Of a DNA stretch of 64,000 nucleotides, positions 39,184-48,452 are shown one piece after another; position 1 is the stretch's first letter, and every line of letters starts with the position of its first letter. Source of the DNA: an uncultured delta proteobacterium (GTDB lineage Bacteria > Myxococcota > Myxococcia > Myxococcales > Myxococcaceae). The stretch lies in NCBI GenBank assembly GCA_963713045.1, contig CAVQKE010000004.1, forward strand, positions 608,001 through 672,000, given 5' to 3'. Below the pieces are notes generated by a model. The model searched no databases. It was not told where the DNA came from and saw nothing but the letters and a program-made list of their open reading frames with translations. The position numbers and the translations under genes were made by a program.

Positions 39184-40164
39184 ATGACCGAACGGATTGG
39201 AATTCTCGTAGGCCAGGAGCAAAGCTTTCCCCAGGCCTTCATCGCCAAGGTGAATGAGACGCCCGGCTTTCGCGCCGAGTACGCACGGGTCGGCGGAACG
39301 CCGGAGCGATTTCACTCTCCCTACCGCGTGTTGGTGGACCGCATCAGCCACGAGGTGCCCTTCTACCGCTTCCACCTGAAGGCGGCCTCGCTGGGAGGGG
39401 CGTACGTCGTCAACGACCCGTTTTGGTGGAGCGCGGACGACAAATTCTTCGGCTATTCGCTGGCCTCGCAGATTGGGGTGACGGTCCCTCGGACGGTGAT
39501 GTTGCCCTCCAAGGCCTACGTCCCGTCCATCGACCCCAACAAGAGCCTGCGCAACCTCGAGTACCCGCTCGACTGGGAGGGCATCGCCCGGTACGTCGGC
39601 TTCCCGGCCATCCTCAAGCCAGCCGATGGCGGTGGGTGGAAAAACGTCTCACGGGTCAACAATTTGGATGAGTTGCATCGCACCTACGACGCCAGCGGCA
39701 CCCTGGTGATGACCCTTCAGCAATTCATCGACTTTGAGGATTACGTCCGCTGCATCTGCGTGGGCAAGGAGTTCATCCTCCCCATCCGCTATGACCCGAA
39801 GCAGCGCTGCTACCTGGAGAGTGAGCACTTTCTTCCCCCGGCGCTCGAATCCAAGGTGCTCGACGGCGCTTGGGCCCTGAATCACGCCCTCGGCTACGAC
39901 ATGAATTCGGTCGAGTTCGCCATCAAGGATGGCGTGGCCTACGCCATCGACTTCACCAACCCGGCACCGGACATGGACGTCAACTCCATCCTCCCGAAGC
40001 ACTTCCACATCGTCGTGGACCAGATGGCGAAGTTTGCCATCAACTGCGCTCGCGAGGGGCGCAGCAACCACGACGGCTTTGCCTTCCGCCGCTTCCTTCA
40101 GGCGCCCCATCCTCGCCCGCCCGGGCATGGCGAAGGCTTCGCCGCCAAACGAGAACGGCCGTGA
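39184..40164 (+). CDS. ATP-grasp ligase (RimK/GshB-like), paralog 1
   Basis: VVNDPFWWSADDKF, VPRT, FPAILKPADGGGWK, QQFI, MNSVEFAI..AIDFTNPAPD. Confidence 0.85.
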   Translation: MTERIGILVGQEQSFPQAFIAKVNETPGFRAEYARVGGTPERFHSPYRVLVDRISHEVPFYRFHLKAASLGGAYVVNDPFWWSADDKFFGYSLASQIGVTVPRTVMLPSKAYVPSIDPNKSLRNLEYPLDWEGIARYVGFPAILKPADGGGWKNVSRVNNLDELHRTYDASGTLVMTLQQFIDFEDYVRCICVGKEFILPIRYDPKQRCYLESEHFLPPALESKVLDGAWALNHALGYDMNSVEFAIKDGVAYAIDFTNPAPDMDVNSILPKHFHIVVDQMAKFAINCAREGRSNHDGFAFRRFLQAPHPRPPGHGEGFAAKRERP

Positions 40165-41267
40165 TTGACGGCCAGTTCACGCTGGGCGTCGAAGAGGAAT
40201 ACCAAATCGTCCATCCCGAGACGCGCGACCTGCGTTCCTACGTCACTCAACTGATGGAGGAGGGAGGCCGCACCATCCTCCGGGAGCGGGTCCGGCAAGA
40301 GCTGCACCAGTCGATGGTGGAAGTCGGTACGACCATCTGTCAGGACGTCGGCGAGGCGCAGGCACAGCTGACGGAGATGCGAGGCGAATTGGACCGCCTG
40401 GCGCGCAAGGGCGGCCTTCGCATTGTCGCCGCCAGCACCCATCCCTTCAGCGACTGGACGACGCAGCAAATCACGGAGGCGGACCGCTACCACAACATCG
40501 TCAACGACATGCAGGACCTGGCGCGGGCCAATCTCATCTTCGGCCTGCACGTCCACGTCGGCATCAAGGACAAGCAAGTGGCGGTGGCCTTGGCCAACCA
40601 AGTCCGCTACTTCCTGCCGCACATGCTCGCCCTCTCGTGCAGCTCGCCTTTCTGGCTGGGCCGAAAGACTGGGCTGATGAGCAATCGGAGTCACATTTTC
40701 AAGCGTTTTCCGAGGACCGGCATCCCCGACGAATTCGAAAGCTATGAGCAGCTCGAGAACCTGGTCAAACTGTTGGTGAAAACGCACTGCATCGACACCG
40801 GGAAGAAGCTCTGGTGGGACGTCCGTGCGCACTACCTTTACGACACGGTGGAGATTCGCATCTGCGACATGCCCACCTCCTTGACCGACACGGTGGCGTT
40901 GGTGGCCCTGGCCCAGGCGCTGATGGCCAAGCTCTACCTGATGTACAAGCGCAACACCGCCTGGCGCAGCTACGGCCGTTCACTCATCGAGGAGAACAAG
41001 TGGCGGGCGCAGCGTTATGGGACCGACGCAATGATGATTGACTTTGGGATGCTCTGCGAGCGGCCCTTCCCGGAGCTCGCCGACGAGTTGGTGGAGTTTG
41101 TCAGCGAAGCCTCGGACCAACTCGGCACCACCGCCACGGTGCAGCACATTCGAACGATGGCGCGCGCGGGGACGTCGGCGCACCGGCAGATTGAGGTGTG
41201 GGAACGGACGCAGGACATGCGCGCGGTGGTGGACTGGTTGATTGAGGAGACCATGCGCGGCATCTAG
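40161..41267 (+). CDS. Carboxylate-amine ligase (YbdK/GCS2 family)
   Basis: FTLGVEEEYQIV, MVEVGT, ASTHPF, GLHVHVG, SSPFWLG, FPRTGIP, WWDVR, VEIRICD; GTG start overlapping the upstream stop. Confidence 0.92.
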   Translation: MIDGQFTLGVEEEYQIVHPETRDLRSYVTQLMEEGGRTILRERVRQELHQSMVEVGTTICQDVGEAQAQLTEMRGELDRLARKGGLRIVAASTHPFSDWTTQQITEADRYHNIVNDMQDLARANLIFGLHVHVGIKDKQVAVALANQVRYFLPHMLALSCSSPFWLGRKTGLMSNRSHIFKRFPRTGIPDEFESYEQLENLVKLLVKTHCIDTGKKLWWDVRAHYLYDTVEIRICDMPTSLTDTVALVALAQALMAKLYLMYKRNTAWRSYGRSLIEENKWRAQRYGTDAMMIDFGMLCERPFPELADELVEFVSEASDQLGTTATVQHIRTMARAGTSAHRQIEVWERTQDMRAVVDWLIEETMRGI

Positions 41268-41280
41268 CGGGCCGGGGGCC

Positions 41281-42480
41281 TCAGGGCCGCCACAGGGCGA
41301 CTGAGCCCCCCACCCAGCTCATTCCTTTGTTCTGGTCGACTCCCAGCATCTTTCCGCGGGAGAGCCGAACGAGGTGGATGACCGGCACCAGCGCAGGGGC
41401 ATCCGGCGGCCGCAGCAACATGACCCGCACCTCGGCCTTGACCGGCGAGCCATCCGGGGCATGAATTGCCGGCGCGTAGGTCACCTTTTCTTGGAGCACC
41501 CAGAGGTGGCGTTGCTCGGGCGGCACCCGGGCGATGTCCTCCGGCGCAACGTCGATGACGACGCCCGAACCGGCAAAGGAGAAGAGCGGCTTCAGCACGA
41601 AGCCGGAGAGGTCCTCCGGCAGGGTCTTCACCTGCGAGAGAAGGGTGGCCTTGGGCACCGCTGGATGGTTCAGGAAGGGCAGCGAATATTTGCTCCAGGG
41701 CCAATACCAGTTGGGGTGGCTGCACCACGTCACATCGAGCCGTTCATTCCAGTCGAATGGGAGCCGGTACCCCTTGCTCTCCAACTCATCGAAGACCATC
41801 CGGTTGTAGATGCGGCGGACCGGCACCAGGCGGCCGTTTTTGCGTCGAAAGAGACGCCTCCCCTCTTTCACCAGCTGCGTCGCGCACACAGCCTCGACGC
41901 CGAACAACCGCTTGGTGGCCACGAAGTCAGGAACGGTTTTCTGGCGCTCCGGCTCAAAGTCGACCAAGGCCACCGCCTCGGGAGACTCGCCTCCGAGGAT
42001 GGTGTCGCGCATCACCTGGAGGCCTTCGGCACGCGGAAGGACGAAGCAACTCCACTGTCCGGCCAGGCCGGGAATGGCTTGAAACTCGGCGCCCCAGGCG
42101 TCGGCGAAGAAGACCATCATCGCGTAGCCCGAGGGGAAGGCCTGTAGCTCGACTACCTTGCCTTCCAGGCCGCCCGAAGCGCTGGGGGTGATGGCGAAGT
42201 CCACCTGGACGCAGTTCGGCAAGGCGTCCATCTCTGGCGTGTCGTACTTCGGCGGAATGACCTTCATCAGCTCGCGCAGCAGCTCGGGCTGGGCCAGCTG
42301 CTGGACGATTTCGGTCGCACTCCGGGTGAGCGAGTCGCGGAGCGCCGGCGTCACGAAGAAGGGCGTCTCCGCCAGTGCAAACGGAATGGGGCCGAGCTGC
42401 CCCTCGAGGCGAGCGCGGTAGCGCTGGTAGAGCTCGGGAGTCCAGGCACGGTTGAATGCGGGGCGGTAGGCAGAATCCAC
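41281..42480 (-). CDS. Divergent, probably circularly permuted, ATP-grasp-like ligase
   Basis: VQVDFAI..GKVVELQAFPS early in the chain; RRIYNR, WSKYSLP, FVLKPLFSFAGSGV, VLQEKV late, the motif order expected for glutathionylspermidine-synthase-like permuted ATP-grasps. Confidence 0.65.
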   Translation of the reverse strand: MDSAYRPAFNRAWTPELYQRYRARLEGQLGPIPFALAETPFFVTPALRDSLTRSATEIVQQLAQPELLRELMKVIPPKYDTPEMDALPNCVQVDFAITPSASGGLEGKVVELQAFPSGYAMMVFFADAWGAEFQAIPGLAGQWSCFVLPRAEGLQVMRDTILGGESPEAVALVDFEPERQKTVPDFVATKRLFGVEAVCATQLVKEGRRLFRRKNGRLVPVRRIYNRMVFDELESKGYRLPFDWNERLDVTWCSHPNWYWPWSKYSLPFLNHPAVPKATLLSQVKTLPEDLSGFVLKPLFSFAGSGVVIDVAPEDIARVPPEQRHLWVLQEKVTYAPAIHAPDGSPVKAEVRVMLLRPPDAPALVPVIHLVRLSRGKMLGVDQNKGMSWVGGSVALWRP

Positions 42481-42493
42481 TGGGCAATGCCTC

Positions 42494-43690
42494 CTAGTGT
42501 GCCGGCCGGTCGAGGGCAGGAAGGGTGGCCGAGAAATCCCGCGCCAATCGCTGGGCGTAGTCCGCCAGAAGCGACTCCACCCGCGGCAGACTGGGCGAGC
42601 GCACCACCAGGCCGGCATGGAAGGGCTCCCGGGCGCGGAAGGCCACCTCCGAGGCGTCGTAACTCGAGAGGTCTGGATGCTCTTGACGGGCAAGCGTCAT
42701 CAGCAATCCGGCGTAGTCGCTCCGACGTGGGGGAAGCTGGTAGGCCGGGCCGTCGAGCTCGAGGTTCGCCCACTCTTCCCAGAGGTTGAGGCCGGTGGCC
42801 GCCTCCACCATGTCCGCGGTGTGCGCGCCGCCCACCCGGGCCGACGTCTCCAGCATGTACAGGGTTCCATCCGCGGTGCGGATGAATTCGACGTGGGAGA
42901 CGCCCTGCACCAGACCGAGCTCGGTAAGGACGTTGGCGTTGAGAGCGCGCAAGCCCTGGTCGACTGAGCTGCCGCGCTCTACCGTGTGCGTGCTGTAAAT
43001 GCCGCCCCCTTGGACCACGTCGAAGGGAGGCGTCCCGCAGTGGTGCACCTCAGAGAAGAGCACCTGACGGTTCTGAACAATCGAATCAACGTGGTAGACG
43101 TCGCCCGGAAGATACTTCTCCAAGAGGAAGTAGGACTGTCGGTCTTGCAGCGCGTCCAGCGTCCGCCACAGCTGTTCCGCCGACTGGACCTTGACGATGC
43201 CAGCGGCGCTGGCCTCGCTGCGGGGCTTCAACATCCACGGCGGAGGGATGGCGCCCATGAAGGCCCGTAGCTCGTCGTAATTGAGGACGTGGACGAACGG
43301 CGGAACGTCGAGGCCGGCCGCCCGGGCCCCAGTGCGCATCGCCAACTTGTCACGGAAGTATCGCGCCGTGGTGTCCCCCATTCCCGGAAGACGGAGGTGC
43401 TCACGCAGAGCTGCGGCCGTCTCAACGTCATAGTCATCGAGTGCGACGACCAGGTCAAAGAGGCGACTTCGGGCCAAATAGGCCACGCTGTGCACGGTGT
43501 GGGCCAGCGTGCTGCCGTCCGGCTGGGCGAAGACGTCGACCAGTGCATGGCGCGGCCAGGGCCTGTTCAAGAGTTTCTCTTGCGTGAAGAGGTACACCTT
43601 GGCCCCTCGTCGGTGCGCCTGCTCCAAGAAGCGCTCGCCCTTGAAGTAACTGGCGAGCGCCAACACCGTCATCGGCCGGTCTGGCAGCAA
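42494..43690 (-). CDS. ATP-grasp domain ligase (carbamoyl-phosphate synthase/ATP-grasp_4-like)
   Basis: FRDKLAMR, WMLKPRSEASAAGI, LLEKYLPG, SHVEFI, LETSARVGG. Confidence 0.85.
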   Translation of the reverse strand: MLPDRPMTVLALASYFKGERFLEQAHRRGAKVYLFTQEKLLNRPWPRHALVDVFAQPDGSTLAHTVHSVAYLARSRLFDLVVALDDYDVETAAALREHLRLPGMGDTTARYFRDKLAMRTGARAAGLDVPPFVHVLNYDELRAFMGAIPPPWMLKPRSEASAAGIVKVQSAEQLWRTLDALQDRQSYFLLEKYLPGDVYHVDSIVQNRQVLFSEVHHCGTPPFDVVQGGGIYSTHTVERGSSVDQGLRALNANVLTELGLVQGVSHVEFIRTADGTLYMLETSARVGGAHTADMVEAATGLNLWEEWANLELDGPAYQLPPRRSDYAGLLMTLARQEHPDLSSYDASEVAFRAREPFHAGLVVRSPSLPRVESLLADYAQRLARDFSATLPALDRPAH

Positions 43691-43938
43691 TGCGAATGCC
43701 TCCCCACTCCGGACTCAGCTTCTTCGGACGGTGGCGGAATTAGCACGGACTGTCACCCAGCCGCCTTCAGAAGACCCTCTGGATGCCATGAGAGTTGTCA
43801 CAAGCCGCCACTGGGATGGCTTCATCGCGACTGGGGCGGGACCCGGCCAGCAACGGGATCGACTGCCCCGGGCCGGCCCTGCCTTGCAACTATCAGTCTG
43901 CACCGGGGTGAGTCTCAGCCTCGGGTGGCGGAGCACCG

Positions 43939-44901
43939 TCACGGCATTAACCGGCGCCCGAGCAGCGCATCCCACCGCCGCAAGGGCGCCGCTTCTGGGT
44001 CGCGCGCCAGCTGCAGCACCAGCTCCGCCATGTGGTCCACCACCCAGGCGAAGTGCTCGGGCCCGAGGGAGGCGACATCGAGGTCGGGCGCCGAATTCAT
44101 GAAGTCGATGGCATAGGGCACGCCGTCGCGGACAGCGAATTCCACCGTATTCATGTCGTAGCCGAGTGCCTCGCAGAGCAGCCGGGCCTGTTGCTCGACG
44201 CGTTCGCGGAGTGGCTCGTCGAGCGGCGGCATTGAGTCGACCGCGCCGGTGTAGCGCTCGGAGTGGGGCAAGCGGGGGTCCCACAGGGCCGGACGTACAT
44301 GCTGTTGCCCAATCACCAGGCAGCGGACGTACTGCGTCCAAGCAACCTCACTCTGCGCAATCATCGTCAAGCGACCGCTCTTGTCATACGCGGCGAGCAG
44401 CTCCTCCTTGGTGGTGACGCGCGAGACGTCGCGCCAGCCTCCCCCCCAGTGGGGCTTGATGTACAGCGGCAAGCCGAGCTCCAGCACCAGCGTGTCCCAG
44501 TCAACCCACGCCAGGTTGCGTAGCGACTCCGCTGTGACGTCCGGCCCCGGCGTCTTGTTGGGCAGAAGCACGGTGCGCGGGACAGCCACGCCAAGGGCCA
44601 AAGCCAATCCGGCGTCGAGGAATTTGTCATCCACCGTGCGCCAGAAGGGGTCGTTCACGACCCGCGTGCCGTTGAGTGCGGCGAGCTTCAGCCAGGGTTG
44701 ATAGGAGGGCACCTCGTGGGAAATGCGGTCCACCAGAACGTCATAGGGAGGCCGCACGTCAGCTCGGGGCGCCTCCAACTTCGGCAGCTCCACCTGCACT
44801 TCCGGGTCCCGCCGGGCGACCTCTGCGACGAGTGCATCGGGGAAGCTGCGCTCGCGGCCGATGAGCAACCCCACGCGGGGACGGGAGCGCCGGGCGGTCA
44901 C
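43939..44901 (-). CDS. ATP-grasp ligase (RimK/GshB-like), paralog 2
   Basis: DRISHEVP, VVNDPFWRTVDDKF, IKPHWGGGWRDV, MNTVEFAVRDGVPYAIDFMNSAPD; clearly homologous to 39184-40164. Confidence 0.85.
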   Translation of the reverse strand: MTARRSRPRVGLLIGRERSFPDALVAEVARRDPEVQVELPKLEAPRADVRPPYDVLVDRISHEVPSYQPWLKLAALNGTRVVNDPFWRTVDDKFLDAGLALALGVAVPRTVLLPNKTPGPDVTAESLRNLAWVDWDTLVLELGLPLYIKPHWGGGWRDVSRVTTKEELLAAYDKSGRLTMIAQSEVAWTQYVRCLVIGQQHVRPALWDPRLPHSERYTGAVDSMPPLDEPLRERVEQQARLLCEALGYDMNTVEFAVRDGVPYAIDFMNSAPDLDVASLGPEHFAWVVDHMAELVLQLARDPEAAPLRRWDALLGRRLMP

Positions 44902-45659
44902 CAGCCCACCCGCTCATTCAGCGCATACGGCAGCATCCGTCGCCACCAGGGCCAGTCGTGGTTGACGTCATGTCCCCACAGGTCGAGTTGGTTGGGCAGG
45001 CCCTTGTTCCAGAGGGCCTGGCTAAAGCGGACGGAGGCATCCGGCACCTCGTAGGCACCACGTCCAGAGACAATGTACAGCGTCGCGCTGCGAAGCAACT
45101 CGAGTGCTCTCGGATTGGACAGCCCGGGAAGGTACGAAAACGGGTTGTTGAAATAGACGTTGTCGTCGCCGTACCCGTGCAAGTAGCCGGGCCCCAAGTC
45201 GTAGAAGCCGCTCATCGCGATGAGTGTGTCGAAGAGGTCCGGTCGACGGAGGACGGCGTTGGCCGCATAGAAGGCGCCGAAGCTGGCCCCGGTCGCGCCG
45301 ACGCGGGCGTTTGGGTTTTGCAAGACGCGGCGGATGTGCGGCACGACCTCCTCTTCGATGTAGCCAGAGAAGAGCGCCTGTCGCCGGGCGGCCTCTGGGG
45401 CGCTGATTTGCTCGTTCATCCACGCGTACTGATTGATGCTGTCGATACTGAACACTGTCACTCGGCCGGCGATGAGGAGCGGCTCGATGGACTTGATGAG
45501 CCACATCCGTTCTGCCTCGAGGAAGTCGCCGGAGGCGGTCGGCAGCAGCAGCAGCGCCCGCCCGAAGTGGCCGTAGCGAACGATGGGCATGTCCAGCCCA
45601 AGACGTGGACTGCGCCAGCCGAAAATTTCGCGCCGCAGTGCGGGATCGACGTAATTCAT
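44898..45659 (-). CDS. Alpha/beta-hydrolase (esterase family)
   Basis: RYGHFGRALL, TGASFGAFYA (GxSxG), IAMSGFYD, HDWPWW. Confidence 0.88.
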   Translation of the reverse strand: MNYVDPALRREIFGWRSPRLGLDMPIVRYGHFGRALLLLPTASGDFLEAERMWLIKSIEPLLIAGRVTVFSIDSINQYAWMNEQISAPEAARRQALFSGYIEEEVVPHIRRVLQNPNARVGATGASFGAFYAANAVLRRPDLFDTLIAMSGFYDLGPGYLHGYGDDNVYFNNPFSYLPGLSNPRALELLRSATLYIVSGRGAYEVPDASVRFSQALWNKGLPNQLDLWGHDVNHDWPWWRRMLPYALNERVGW

Positions 45660-45782
45660 GGAGCCTTTCCCCTTCTGGCACCCATTGTGCTGACAACCGG
45701 CAGGGCAAGGGCCAGCCCTTTTTGTGTCCCCTCCCCTCGACGGCCGCCCGCCGCTGACTATGCTGTCGGGCTGAGACCTGGA

Positions 45783-47528
45783 ATGAATAGCGCGCTCCAG
45801 CACAGGCTGACCGACGACGGCGCCGGGCCTCGGGTCCTGGCCTCGGACTGGGAATTCCGCATCGGTTCGGGAAGCGCAGCGGGTCGGGTGGTGGTGGTGC
45901 CGGCTGGGGGCGGCACCGTCGGAGCTGACCCGAGCTGTACCCTGTCGGTGCTCGGCGAAGGGGTGGCCGGCGTCCACCTTCGCCTGGTCCGACATCCTGA
46001 CGGCGCCATGGGCTGGGAGGCGGCGACGGCTGCCGCTGTCCTGCAGGAGGGCCAGCCGGCGCGCTCGGGGCCGTTGGTGGACGGCACTCGGCTTCAACTC
46101 GGCGCGTTGGTCCTGACCGTGGTGCGGCGTCCGGCGTCAGGTCTACCCTCGCTCCCGGCGGCCCCGCCGGAGCCTCCCGACCAGCTCCTGGCACCGGGAA
46201 CCGTGCTCGGGGAGCGCTACTGCATCGAGCAAGTCATCGGCCAGGGCGGAATGGGGACCGTCTACCGCGCGCAGCACCTCACTCTTGGGAAAACATTCGC
46301 CGTGAAGGTGCTCAAGGCCGTCCACAGCGCTCGGCCTGACTTCGTCGCCCGTTTCCAGCGCGAAGCAGTCGCTGCCAGCCAAATTCGTCACCCTGGCATT
46401 GTCGACGTCTTTGACTTCGGCCGTGCCGTAGAGGGCAGCGTTTACTGCGTGATGGAGTGCCTTGAGGGGGAGACGCTCGCGGCGCGCGTCGCCCACCGCG
46501 GCGCTTTGCCGGTGGCAGAGGCGGTGCGCGTGGCCCGTGACATGGCCCGCGCCCTGACAGCGGCCCACACCCAAGGCATTTTCCACCGCGACATCAAGCC
46601 GGAAAACGTGCTTCTCGTCCCCGAGGCGGGGGAGCCGGACGCGGTGAAGCTGGTCGACTTCGGCATCGCCAGGCTTGCCGACCCGACCCGCGACAGCCGC
46701 GACACCGGGGAAGGCATCATCCTCGGGACGCCGCAGTACATGTCCCCCGAGCAGGCTTCGGGGCTGGTGCAGGACGCCCGGGCCGACATCTACTCCTTAG
46801 GCGTGTTGCTGTGGGAGCTCCTCGCCGGCGCTCCTCCCTTCCACGGCGCCAGCGCGACACACGTCTTGGCCGCGCACCTTTTGGAGCCGCCACCTCGGCT
46901 TCCTCGCTCGGGGCCGCACGGTCCCATCCCCCGACGCCTCGCGCGGCTCCTCATCCGAATGATGGCCAAACGGCCCGAGGACCGACCAGCTCGGATGCAG
47001 GACGTGGTGGCCGAGTTGGATGGGATGCTCGCTGTCACTCGTCCTCGGGTGGGCTGGGCCGCCATCACCCTGGCTCTCCTTGCGGTGGTGTCAGCAGCCG
47101 GGGCGCTGGCCCTTTTCGTGGTGCGCCACCGACCGCCCTCTCGGCCACCAGTCGCCATGGCCCGGTCGCCGGCAGTCTCAGCTGCCTTCCCGGTCCTTCG
47201 AGGAGAGCCACCGCCCCCCCCAGCTCAAATCGCCCCGTCTCCAGCCGTCGCTGGCGTTCCGGCGCTGCGCGTGGCGCCCACCACCGTTTTGGTGTCCATC
47301 GCGTCCCAGCCCCCCGGTGCCGCGGTGGTGGTGGATGGCCAGCCGATGGGGACCACGCCGCTCAGCCTCCCGCTGCGACAGGGCGTGGCGGCGCACTTGA
47401 AAGTCAAACTTCCCGGCTATGCGGCCGCCTCGCGGTTGGTACGGCCCCGAGCTGGGTTAGCCGTTCAACTCCGCCTGGAGCCGCTTTCTCCTGCGCCGCT
47501 GTCGGACCTCAAGGAGTCGCCGTACTGA
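45783..47528 (+). CDS. Membrane Ser/Thr protein kinase (degenerate FHA - kinase - TM - PEGA)
   Basis: IGQGGMGTVY, AVKVL, HRDIKPEN, DFGIA, GTPQYMSPEQ, DIYSLG; TM helix; SQPPGAAVVVDG..GTTPL PEGA domain. Confidence 0.92.
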   Translation: MNSALQHRLTDDGAGPRVLASDWEFRIGSGSAAGRVVVVPAGGGTVGADPSCTLSVLGEGVAGVHLRLVRHPDGAMGWEAATAAAVLQEGQPARSGPLVDGTRLQLGALVLTVVRRPASGLPSLPAAPPEPPDQLLAPGTVLGERYCIEQVIGQGGMGTVYRAQHLTLGKTFAVKVLKAVHSARPDFVARFQREAVAASQIRHPGIVDVFDFGRAVEGSVYCVMECLEGETLAARVAHRGALPVAEAVRVARDMARALTAAHTQGIFHRDIKPENVLLVPEAGEPDAVKLVDFGIARLADPTRDSRDTGEGIILGTPQYMSPEQASGLVQDARADIYSLGVLLWELLAGAPPFHGASATHVLAAHLLEPPPRLPRSGPHGPIPRRLARLLIRMMAKRPEDRPARMQDVVAELDGMLAVTRPRVGWAAITLALLAVVSAAGALALFVVRHRPPSRPPVAMARSPAVSAAFPVLRGEPPPPPAQIAPSPAVAGVPALRVAPTTVLVSIASQPPGAAVVVDGQPMGTTPLSLPLRQGVAAHLKVKLPGYAAASRLVRPRAGLAVQLRLEPLSPAPLSDLKESPY

Positions 47529-47585
47529 GGCTGCGGGTTGGGCTAGCAGGGTGCAGGCCTCTTGGTTTAAGGCTTTCGGACGAGC

Positions 47586-48452
47586 ATGGTCGCGCTGGCT
47601 GTCGCCGTCGGGCTCCTCCTAACCACCCAGGCGGAGGAAGCGCGCGACCGCGCCCGCGACGCGTTCAGCCTAGGGCAGGAACTCTACCGCGCCGCGGACT
47701 ATGCCGGCGCGCTGGCCGCTTTCCAAACTGCGGAGGCTGCTCAGCCGAGCCCCGCCGCCGAATACAACATCGGCCGGTGCTATGAACGCTTGGGACAGCT
47801 GCCGGAGGCGGTGGCCGCCTATCAGCGCTACCTGGCCGATGCCCCCGAAGCGCCGGACCACGACGCGGTGGCAAGCCACGTCGCAGAGTTGAGAGGGCAG
47901 TTGCCACCCGAGGGGCGGCTGCGGGTGTCGGTGGAACCCCCTGGTGCCTCCGTCACCGTGGACCAAGCCCCGCCGGAGCCAGCTCCCGTTGACAAGGTGC
48001 TTCCGGCCGGACGGCACCTGGTGCTTGCAGAACTGAGCGGGTACACCCCGACCAGTCGCGAGGTGGACCTGCTGGCGGGAAGTTCCTTGGAGCTCGAATT
48101 GACGCTCCGGTCGGCTCCGGTGAGCACCGCCACCCAGGCGCCGGGCGCGGCGGTCCACCAGGAAGTCCCCGCTCCCACTCCGCCGCCCAGCGGCCAGCGG
48201 ACTTGGGCGTACGTCGCGCTCGGTGTGGCAGCGGTCGCCGTCGGCGTTGGCTTGGGCTTCGGCGCCAGCTCCAAGTCTGCCCAGGACACGTTGCAGTCGC
48301 GCATCCATACCCAGGTTGCGGCCCAGCAGCTGTATGACACCGCCAACAGCCGCGCCGTTGCGGCCAATGCCTTCTACGCTGGCGCCGTCGTGGCCGGCGC
48401 GGCGGCGGTGACTCTCTATTTCCTCGAGCCAGGCTCGAGCCACTCGCCGTGA
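47586..48452 (+). CDS. TPR + PEGA domain exported protein
   Basis: Signal peptide; GQELYRAADYAGALAAF, YNIGRCYERLG..AVAAYQRYL; VEPPGASVTVD; C-terminal hydrophobic segments. Confidence 0.85.
   Translation: MVALAVAVGLLLTTQAEEARDRARDAFSLGQELYRAADYAGALAAFQTAEAAQPSPAAEYNIGRCYERLGQLPEAVAAYQRYLADAPEAPDHDAVASHVAELRGQLPPEGRLRVSVEPPGASVTVDQAPPEPAPVDKVLPAGRHLVLAELSGYTPTSREVDLLAGSSLELELTLRSAPVSTATQAPGAAVHQEVPAPTPPPSGQRTWAYVALGVAAVAVGVGLGFGASSKSAQDTLQSRIHTQVAAQQLYDTANSRAVAANAFYAGAVVAGAAAVTLYFLEPGSSHSP

Noticed and set aside
43691..43938. Possible precursor peptide (36-aa MKPSQW...) and CRP-like box (CATGA-N6-TCACA, 43787-43802) inside the amidoligase cluster
   Set aside because: The ORF has no RBS or graspetide-like core motif, and the box is an imperfect single match.
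45676..45690. Sigma-54-like TGGCAC-N7-GC upstream of the kinase
   Set aside because: The -12 element deviates from TTGC, and such matches arise by chance in GC-rich DNA.
44958..45782. Long N-terminal extension of the 856-aa kinase ORF
   Set aside because: It is antisense to the esterase gene; the plausible kinase start is ATG 45783.
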